Source of the DNA: Ruditapes philippinarum
Taxonomy: Eukaryota
Direction: 5' to 3'
Length of the DNA: 64,000 nt
Assembly (NCBI RefSeq): GCF_026571515.1
Contig: NW_026859228.1
Location: 248,001 to 312,000 of the forward strand
Shown piece after piece: positions 54,401-64,000 of the stretch. Every line of letters begins with the position of its first letter. The first letter of the stretch is position 1. The notes under the pieces are model-generated. The model was given only the letters and a program-made list of their open reading frames with translations. It made no database searches and was not told the DNA's origin. Made by a program: the position numbers and the translations under genes.

Positions 54401-57400
54401 TACATGTTTATCTTAATAAGTTTCAAATATGTGGACAACCTCAACATCGACATTATGTCGTAACGCTTCTTAAATAGCCGCATGTCTAATAAAAGAGAGT
54501 TTTATTCTTAAGGTTTTGATCCCATATCTTCATTTTTTGAAACTGATGAAAGGATGGAATTAATAGAAATGTTTGAAAAGACATTCAATCTTTATACTTT
54601 TTTAATATTGGCCATGAACTTGTGTCATGTTTCTGCACAGGTTAGTTCCGTTGCAGAAAAGCTTTCAGAAGTTTTAGATTTAGGTTTATTTGGTGGAAAC
54701 AAATTCGGAAATATGTACCATTTTGTCCCGTTTACCGTGAAACCGTATGCTTTCCATGCAAAATGAGAAAACGAGAAAAAAGTGAAAAGAGAAGGTTTTG
54801 GCTATAGCGGATGAGGCAAAAGAGAATTTGAGTTTACTCATTTGAGCACAAATGACTTTTGAAATGTACATCGAGTAAAGCAACTTGTCTCTCATTATAG
54901 TACACACAACGTTTTATCGTTTAAAGGAACATGTACCATTGAAATTGAATCAATTACAATCAAAACCAATAAAGGTATTCGGTAGGTCACAGGCAAATTT
55001 TCTTTGAAGTTTGATCACTTTAGATATTGCTATTATTGGAGTAGTTTTATGTCTTAACCTTCTGTAACTGAAAGTAATGAGCCTTTGCCGCCTTTACAGG
55101 ACCAGGCAAGCTTCTGTTTAGTCTGACCTGGCTCTACCCTGTTGGTAGTTTAATTTTTGTACTCTGATTTTGAAGTCCCCTAAACTTTAACTGACTGTTC
55201 CAAATTCAAAGCAGTGGAATTCTTTTAAAGTCATTGATTGGTGGTTAAGACCAATTTTACATGGACACTAAAATGCAAAATTGGGCAACAACTACATAAT
55301 TATATTCTATGTCGTTTAATTATTTTAAATGAATCTGTTCTTTACTTATCTTGCATATCTTTACGTTCTGAAATGGTCATTGATAGGTTCCGTACTGTCT
55401 ACAATGAATCGTTCTGTACTACGCTCGTAAAAAGTATAATTATTAGATAAAAATTAAGATATGAAACCATTTTAGCTGTAATTTTGGAAGTAATTGGTTG
55501 ACTCAATCACAAAGAGAGCGACCATCTTGAATGGTAATAATATTGTATTTTGTTAAGAAAAGACATTATGAATGCACAATTTATATCAACGTTACATGAA
55601 TAATAATATCTAACTGACTATAACTTTATTGTTATGACTAGATTATCTTCAAACTAAAGCTTTTAACAACTTTTAAGACACAATCTTTAAAAGATAAATA
55701 TTGTCCTTTATATTAATTTACTCATAAATTATCTCCCGCTGATGCCTCAAACTAGATAAAATCACGTGTGTTCAATAAAAATAATCATGATTGTATGAAG
55801 CTGCCTTATTATTTCTTCTCTATTAAATTCAATTAAGTAAAAAAATGAATTCATTGTTGAACAAGGGAGTGCAACTATACATGTTTAAAGTTATATTGGT
55901 ATACCAGCGCTTGTCTGCCTTGATTATATTGCAGACGATACAACTACAACATATTCTTTATTCTTTAACTTCACCATTATATTCACCCTTATATTGCACT
56001 ATATCATATACAAAAGGCAAAATCTGTGAATAAGATTATTGTTCTAGTAAAATCGTTCGTAATCAGTAAATTAGGTATTACCAGATGAGCCAAAATATTT
56101 CAAGAAATTCAATCTTTAGAAATATATATGAAGATCTTAAGAAAAGTAAAAATATTCAATATCTAATTAATTATTTAAATGTTATGTGCGATTGATAACA
56201 ATAACTGCATTTCTACTGCGTTACTAACGCAGTAAGAGGCATGTATGTATATTTTGACCTCTGGATTGTGAGTGCCGTTTGCAATGTGCAAATTTCTTTC
56301 TTTGTTCGCTTCATAATATTTTAATTTTAAATGTATTTTCAAAATGTTCATGAAAATTAGCATCAATTAGGAGGTATGCTTGCTTTAACATATGAAACAC
56401 CTTTAGAAACATATTATTATGTCAACAATATAAAGTTAAGAGAAAGTAAAAAGGGAATGCACTCTTATTACCAACCATATTTACGTAAGAGTACATTCCC
56501 TTTTCACGTTCTTTTGAACTTCCGCGTTCCAAAGTCCAAAGGTTTTTAGCAGTGTTTAGATTACAAGGTGAGCAAATTTAGAATATTAAATCTAATATTC
56601 ATCTAAGAATAAAATCATATATCGTACGTATGCAAACAAAAGGGACTTTAGTACATAATGTATTTTTCGTCCTAAAAATAAAATAGTATATTTCAAGTTT
56701 TCACAACAATATCACATAGATCTACCACAACTTTTTGTTTTGTTTCAATTTTATTTTTTATTTTTCTAAATCATAAACATATCGAGGTAAAAATAAAAGA
56801 AAATTAACAATATGCGAAATTTTGTTAATTGTGATACATGTTTGTAAATATGCTTTATAAATATCAAACAAGTAACGTGACGATGAATATTTTACTTACG
56901 TACACTGATAATCTTATCAGGTGACTAAATATTTATCAAACGACCAGAGGGTAAACAAGATGTCTACCTTTATTTTTATTTTCTTGTGTAGGAAATAAAA
57001 AGCACTCATGGTATCTTTGTTTGAAGGATAGTTACATGATATGCTCTCTTTAATTAAAATATAAATAACCGTTCACATTATGTGTGACAGTCTATATACT
57101 CTTCATTATTGTATTTTTTACCTTTACCTCTAGACAACCGGGATATCGTTATTTGAAGTCAGTACCCATCGATTTACGATTTGATCACCTAAAACATTGA
57201 GTTGACAATTTGTGCACCATATTTCTACAGTATCGACCCAATTTGTTTTGTCTTAAACTGATTGCATGCTACTGATTAAATATTATCTAATTGTTGTTAT
57301 TTCTGAAAGTAAATACTTGTTGAAAACAAATAGCACCCTTTACAAATTTTTGTTTCATAAGAATTCATTTCAATAAAAATGATAGCAAATATCTCTCGGA

Positions 57401-57981
57401 AGACAGTGCCCAGGCCTTTCAAGCAGATATTAATAGAATATATTGTATAAATTTTATGTAAAAAATGACAAAGTTATTTATCTAATATGTATACTAATAC
57501 AAAGAGTCTTAAAGTTATTACAAATAAACCTGATTTTTCATATACGTGTATAGACAATTTTAATTAGTTAGTGTTAATTTCATCTTCAAATTATGCACGA
57601 ACGGAAGTCGACATGGCTTTCTTTTGGGTGACCCCCAATTATTTTCTCTTACTTTAAGATCATGATAGATTAAAATGAATTCGATATGCGATTACATTCT
57701 GCTTTATGTAACACTAGCATACGCCTTTAATTGAAATACAAGTAGAAAAACTAACATATAAAGTTTTAGAATTAAAGTATAAATTGATAATATTACTTTA
57801 TCAGGTCAAATATTTTTAAAAGGGTATTTCTGAAAATATGCCAGTAATTTGATTGCCCGTCAGAAATTGATACTAGTGTTTTAAATGTAAATGGATCGGT
57901 CGAATTCCATGTATTTAACATCAAAATTGATATGATTTTGAAAAAATAATTCTTCACATATCATATTTTTTTCAGACAGGA

Positions 57982-59712
57982 ATGGAGGTTCCTGGTAAAT
58001 TAGGTCTAGGAGATCTAAATGATGATGACTCGACATTAATATGTCTTCCATGTGACAGTGATGGTTTGAAGGAACCTGCTTATGGCTTCTGTCAGGACTG
58101 CCAGGAGCATCTATGTGAAACGTGCTACAAACATCATAGACGTGCACGTCCATTTAAAAACCATGTACTCATTGACAAAGAATCCATGCCAAAGACCAGG
58201 GTAAATGCAGCAACAACATCTGAGGATACGGCCGACTATTGCACGAAACACCAAGACAAACCACTAGAATTTTATTGTAGGGATCACACATCTGTGGCTT
58301 GTTATGTGTGCGTTACATTAGAACACAAACAGTGTAAGGTGGACTATATTCCTGATGTTTCTGGAAACCTGTCAGATGAGATGGCCGATATATTAGAACA
58401 AATGGAATCGTTGATTAAAAAATGTAAATCAAACAAAGAATATGCTTGCAAAGCTGCGCAACATCTAGACCAAAGTCATGCAAAAGTTGTTGAAGATATC
58501 AAAGTCTTCAGGAAAGAGATAAATGAATGTTTGGACAGAATGGAAACCAGAATATTAAAGGAAGCTGACACAATTGTAAAACAAGCAAAATGTAAACAGG
58601 AAACCGTATTAAATGCTTGTTTAGAGATAACGGAAGAACTTGAATGTTCACATTCATTGTTAAGGTCATTTAAAGAACAAAACAAGCAAAATAAGCTTTT
58701 TATCGAGATAAAAAACGTCGGAAAAAGTCTGCCGATATTGATAAATAAGGAAAAGAATGTATTGGATGCAAATACAACAAACGAATGTATTCAATTTACC
58801 CGCAGCACAAGCCTTATAGATTTTCTTAAGACTGTGAATAATTATGGAATATTGTCAACATTTGTACAGCCGTGTCAAGATAGAGCAATAGATTTACAAC
58901 ATATAGAAACAATAGACATGAAACAGACATCAGAAAAAGAAAAATGTAACATTACTGGTATGGTTATGATTGCTCCTACGAAAATGGTTGTTGCTGATAA
59001 CATAAACAAAAACGTAAAACTGATCGACGTTGAGAAAAACGAGGTTGTAACAGAGGTAAAGATGTCTTCACATCCGTTGGATGTTATAACTCTTCCAGAT
59101 AAAAAGCTTGCTGTAACTTTGTTGGATGAAACGTTTGTTCATATATTGTCTTATTGTGACGCGAAACTTTCATTAGTTCAACGTATAGATGTCAGAGAAA
59201 AGTGTCATGGTGTTGCTTATGGCCAGGATAAATTGGTTGTATCTTGCAATAAATCAAAGAAAATAATCATTTTGAATCTTCAAGGAGAAATTCTCGATGT
59301 TCTTGGTTTTCCTGCTATCTTCTATGGGCCTCGCAGAGTTTTGATCAGCAAGGATGAAACGTTCATATATGTATCGGATACAGATGGGAGTCAAAATAGT
59401 AAGGTTTTGAAAATGGATTGGAAAGGAAATATTAAAACCGTTTTTGAAGAACAAAGTTATAAATTTCCTTACGGCCAACAACAATTAGAAGATGACACTA
59501 TACTAGTGTGCTACAGACACAGTAACACTATTCTGAGACTGTCAAGCAGCTTAAAGAAATGCGATATTATTGGACTAGAGAGAGCAAATATTTATTTTCC
59601 AAAAGCTGTAACATACTGCGACAAAGAACAAAAACTGTACGTAAGTTGTTCATCAGAGAAAGAAGACTGGCGGGCTGATATTGTGAAAGTATTCCATGTT
59701 AAATGGATATAA
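57982..59712 (+). CDS. RING-less TRIM-like protein, 576 aa; copy 5 (subtype B)
   Basis: Intact ORF colinear with copy 2. Same B-box1, B-box2, coiled coil and propeller architecture; acceptor tttttttcag before ACAGGAATG. Confidence 0.93.
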   Translation: MEVPGKLGLGDLNDDDSTLICLPCDSDGLKEPAYGFCQDCQEHLCETCYKHHRRARPFKNHVLIDKESMPKTRVNAATTSEDTADYCTKHQDKPLEFYCRDHTSVACYVCVTLEHKQCKVDYIPDVSGNLSDEMADILEQMESLIKKCKSNKEYACKAAQHLDQSHAKVVEDIKVFRKEINECLDRMETRILKEADTIVKQAKCKQETVLNACLEITEELECSHSLLRSFKEQNKQNKLFIEIKNVGKSLPILINKEKNVLDANTTNECIQFTRSTSLIDFLKTVNNYGILSTFVQPCQDRAIDLQHIETIDMKQTSEKEKCNITGMVMIAPTKMVVADNINKNVKLIDVEKNEVVTEVKMSSHPLDVITLPDKKLAVTLLDETFVHILSYCDAKLSLVQRIDVREKCHGVAYGQDKLVVSCNKSKKIIILNLQGEILDVLGFPAIFYGPRRVLISKDETFIYVSDTDGSQNSKVLKMDWKGNIKTVFEEQSYKFPYGQQQLEDDTILVCYRHSNTILRLSSSLKKCDIIGLERANIYFPKAVTYCDKEQKLYVSCSSEKEDWRADIVKVFHVKWI

Positions 59713-60001
59713 ATATTACAAAGGAATATGTCGTTATCAAAAAACTGACATTGTCTTTTCTTCGTAAACTGATACGTGATAAATAAAGATGAGTGTTCAT
59801 ACAGTAGGACCTTGCAGGACCAGGTTATGTTAAGTAGGGAACAATAGCTTTCATGCATCAATTTGGCGAGTCATAGAGCAATGAGATTTTTACTTGGCTT
59901 GGGCCAGTACACTATAAATGTATCTGTACAAGGTGAAATAGGGTAGAATCATTTTTGTTGGAAAACTTTTTGTAATCATTAAAGATGTTGTTTAAATTAT
60001 G

Positions 60002-60201
60002 GTTTGGTTTAAACATATTTATTGAAGCTCGATTGCGAAACAAGTTCTTGCAACTTATATTAATCACTTTCGAGTCCGCTTCCTGGAACCAACCAGTACT
60101 GGTGTCATATGAAGAAACATGGTCGTGACCAGAGTAGGGCTAGAACCCATGATCTCTGTGTTGAGAGGCAAACACCTTAACCACTAGGCCACCGCTCCCC
60201 C
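60002..60201 (-). mobile_element. tRNA-derived SINE, same insertion
   Basis: Homologous to 25773-25972 with the same TSD. Confidence 0.9.
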
Positions 60202-60915
60202 TTAAATTATGATGAATATAGTGTGAATAAATGTATATTTGCATGGGCTGTGGATAAAGGAAATACTAGATGTAGAAACTGGTTTCTCCACTTTGTGTTT
60301 ACAATCTGAACAGTGCTCTGGTCTGAACAGTGCTGGTGTATTCTATTTCCACGGACAATATATCCATTCTGCATTATCTAGTTTTCTTGGTAAAATAACT
60401 GTATGAAGGCTCTTGTGACCTCAAATCTCAATGGCAACACCTTAAGCAGTTGAATCATTGAAGTTGCAACTGCTCTCTAGATGGGCTATGATGGGTGCTC
60501 AATCACACAAAAAAAGTCTTTTTGTCATCACATTTTTATGAAAACATAATCAATGTTCAATAACAACATAAAATATATAAGTTTGATTCTTAATAAATTT
60601 TATTTCATAATTCATGAATATATAAACTGTTTCCATTCATAACTCCCTGGGTAAAATCACTTTTGAGACAACTGGACTCAAGTTCAGTCATAAATTACAT
60701 GCTCGTGTTACAATTATTTTTTTAAATTAATACATTGAAAATAAATAATATCACAGTTTTTTCACTTTGTATTAATATGGTTATGCATTACATCTATGTT
60801 AAGTCTTACTTTTCATTGTTCATGTAGGACGACATAACTTCGTCTTGAAATTTAAAATGTTTGAAATATCACAGTCAGTAAAGATGATGAAGGTCTTTTA
60901 AAACGTTTTTAAGGG

Positions 60916-61755
60916 TTAAGGTTGAAGAGTTGGTCCATTGGTGTCATTTCGAATTATTTCATCAAATACAAACTCCATTTTGTCTATAGCATCTCCCACT
61001 ATTGCATATGTCTGAAAAAAAAGAAAAATGAAAAACAAATAATTACATTCCATATATACAATGTTAATCATTTACAAATGTTGTAGTTATCAGTCAATGT
61101 GTAAATGATCAGCTGAGCTCATACAGGCAAGAGATTATCCATACAAAAATCTTAACCTTTTTGTCTGACACAATTAGACTGTATAAATGTTGATGTTTAA
61201 ATGCAGGTAAACAATACTTGTTTTGATACAAATCTTCTTCATATATATATCATAATCTACCTTTAACTTAATGAGCAAAACAAAACAAAGTTGCTAGTTT
61301 AAAGCTAAATGTGAACATTTTAATGTTAACAAAATGTGTCTGGTTGCATAATAAAATGCAAGTAAATGTAATTCCTATATCAGGAAGCTGAAGTACTGAA
61401 CATAATCGAGCCTACAGATTGTAGGTGGTTTTACGTAGACACCTAGTACGCTTGACTTGTACATCTGGACACCTGAGATGTCTAGCCACTAATAAAGTTG
61501 GAAATTTGCTATAAGGCCATATGATCTGTGTCACCTAAACCAAAAGAAACTTAAAATTACCTGTGCAAAGATTTTCTCCTTATATTTTCTGTCAATGATG
61601 GGATCTTCATGGGCCAGTGAAGTTTGCATCATACTGGTTGGTGAGCCCGTTCTTTCCCTATCCCCTAAACTACCCGCAGTTTTACCACTGCTAGGTCGGC
61701 CTCTAGATGCAGGAGTCGCACTTTGTTTATCATACTTCATATCTACTTTTGTAGA
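60916..61755 (-). pseudogene. Truncated MYCBPAP-like exon cassette (unit 5)
   Basis: Exons 60916-61011 and 61561-61755 are open but carry several nonsynonymous changes (MKYDKQ, GRPSSG). Upstream exons are removed by a deletion near 62125. Confidence 0.7.
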
Positions 61756-63230
61756 CTGAAAAGAATGTATACAAAAAAATGTTGATATTTTTACTTAATA
61801 CGTATTATTTTTTTGTAATAATATGTTAATAGCATTGGACCAGAGCTTTCTTTTCAAACTTTAGTTTTTGTGTAGAGAAATAATCTTTAGAATCTTTGAT
61901 TGAAAAGTTGTAATCCTTATACTGCTGGAACTGAAAGCGACATGTTTTTGCCACAAGTATAAGTCAAGCAATTATGCACATCTGTGCTGTCACTCTAGGC
62001 TCTGCTGACTGATCAACTGTGAAATTTTATCTGAATATCCCAAAATTGAAAAAGGAGAGTTCAAACAATAAACGTAGGACTGGACATTTTTTAGCAGAAT
62101 AAGAAAGAGAATAAGAAATGCAGTATTAATTATTTTAGATCAAATTGTGCTATCTTGCATAATTTGCGTTCTGAAATGGTCATTATATCCTTCTTGTACT
62201 GACCACAAAGAATTATTCTATTGTAAAAAGTAAAAAAAGGAAAGAAAAAATAGATATGAAGTTATTTAAGCTGTAATGATGAGACTAATTGGTTGACAAA
62301 GTAGCAACCATCTTGAGTGGTAATAATATTGTTTTAGGTTAAGAAAAGACATAATGAATACATAATTTACAAAAATAATTTACCCCAAACCAATATTCTT
62401 TGTTTGTTTGAAGCTGTTGCATAATACATTATCATACATAATTGTTATACATATTATATGAAAATTGAATGAATGTTTAAATATAATGTATATTGTAATT
62501 ATATAAAAAATATTATTATAGATGATGATTTAAATATTATGTAGATATCATGTAAGGTATCAGAGGGATGACCCCGACCCTCTCATACCTATTACGGGGT
62601 AAATAAACGGGGTTACCCAGTTGGGGCCTCAAAAAAAAATTACAAAAAACTTAATGAATATTTTTCATTAACTGGCTATATATATAACTTTATTTCTATA
62701 AAGAGATTGTCTTCAAACTTAAATACAACAAATTAAGCTAGGTTTGATAATGGCTCATAAATAATCTTCCGCTGATGCCTCAAACTAGCTGAACTCATAT
62801 TTGTTCAACGAAAATATACATGATTGTATGGAACTGCCTTTTAATTAACTATTTTATGTCAAGAAAATTAAATTAATAGTCGACCATAAATGCTTTGGCT
62901 AATATACTAGTGCTCGTCAGCATTCTTTCAAGACTGTTGATTATATTGAATAAATATAAATCAAAGCGATAAAACTACCACATATTCTTATGTTACTTAA
63001 CAGTAACGTCACGATTTATTCCCTTCAATTGCGCCAAGCCATTAAGCAACGCAAAATCTGTGAAAGAGAAAATTCTTCAATTAAAGATTTTATGCATCAC
63101 TCGAACTCAATATATTATGTTTTTCATAAAATATATAAAAAGAACCTTTAAAACTGTACTACTGTCTGAATGACCGAAGGTCAGTTATTACTAGAACACC
63201 ATTGAATGAATATACATAAGTTTTATTCTA

Positions 63231-63382
63231 TAGGGTTAACGCACGTTTTTCCGTGTTATAACGTCTGCAGAGTCCCGAGGAACGGTTGGTGCCCGAGCCC
63301 GGTAGGGCGAGGGCTCCAACAGTTCCGAGGGACTCTGCAGACGTTATAACACGAAATAAACGTGCGTTGACGATATTATAGC
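63231..63382. repeat. Long hairpin (about 60-bp arms) at the left end of an unclassified insertion running to the window end
   Basis: aacgcacgttt..cgtgttataacgtctgcagagtccc pairs with gggactctgcagacgttataacacg..aaacgtgcgtt; homology to 3960-4000 stops at 63230. Confidence 0.75.
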
Positions 63383-63938
63383 ATAAAATTTTAAAACAGA
63401 TTCATGATGTATATTATATATAAAACACAAACATTAAATCCTTGTGCTTGAACGGTATTTATCCAACTCTACATGTTTTACGTATGCGTTTTATTTTATC
63501 CGGGGCCAACAACTTGAGAACCGAACGAAATTTCGAATTTTAATTGATTTAACAAAGTTTAACTTTAGAGATATATTAACTTAAGAAAGACATAACATTA
63601 CTCTACCAAAGACAAAACAGGCGCCTCAGACATTCCTAGAATAATTACAGATTGGCGGTAGGAAAAAGATCAGTGACATCAAATTCAATTTCAGAATCGT
63701 TTTTTTAAGCACGAGTTTACAAAAAATCAGGCATAAAACATTATTCTCTCAAAGAAACATACAGAACATTTATCAATATAAACGTCAATAAAACAACGTT
63801 TTCTTATATTCATTTTGTGCTTTCCATTTTTGTAAGTTAATCGGGGGATTAAACTGAATGACAGATTCTATTTGTTTACATTGACAACTGTCCGTTTCTA
63901 AGAAAGGGCGACAACCAAGATAAGCGGCGAGGTAATGT

Positions 63939-64000
63939 AACGATTCGCCACACTAACGATTCGCCACATAACGATTCGACACAGAGTAATAACGATTCGC
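63939..64000 (+). repeat. Short tandem repeat aacgattcgccaca, about 4 copies, cut off by the window edge
   Basis: Directly visible; probably subterminal repeats of a DNA transposon. Confidence 0.6.

Larger units (their letters stand above)
840..63230. repeat. Tandem segmental duplication array, about 5 units, each with a TRIM-like gene (+) and usually a MYCBPAP-like 3' exon cassette (-)
   Basis: Long homologous blocks recur: 1200-3230 matches 41820-43830; 18940-23750 matches 53370-57980; 27000-32000 matches 37750-42650; 62130-63230 matches 3250-4000. TRIM ATGs at 12374, 23754, 33736, 49032, 57982. Confidence 0.95.

Overview
AT-rich eukaryotic DNA, most likely a mollusc (bivalve), inferred from the repeat families and gene family. 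The window is part of a tandem segmental-duplication array with units of about 9-15 kb. Each unit has one + strand gene for a RING-less TRIM-like protein (B-box1, B-box2, coiled coil, NHL-like beta-propeller) whose CDS is a single exon. There are five copies: two intact (23754-25484, 57982-59712) and three disrupted, at least one probably by sequencing error. Most units also carry, convergently on the - strand, a cassette of 3' terminal exons from a second spliced gene that resembles the C-terminus of MYCBP-associated protein (MYCBPAP). The ORF track misses this gene as a whole. Main points: (i) the paralogs are nearly invariant in B-box2 but hypervariable at predicted top-face propeller loops, and they are mosaics of one another; (ii) two of the duplicated - strand cassettes differ by 9 synonymous and 0 nonsynonymous changes, so they may be functional alternative 3' ends interleaved with the TRIM genes; (iii) many insertions (tRNA-SINE, solo LTR, MITEs, HINE-like elements, decayed LINEs) can be delimited against empty paralogous sites and used to reconstruct the history of the array.
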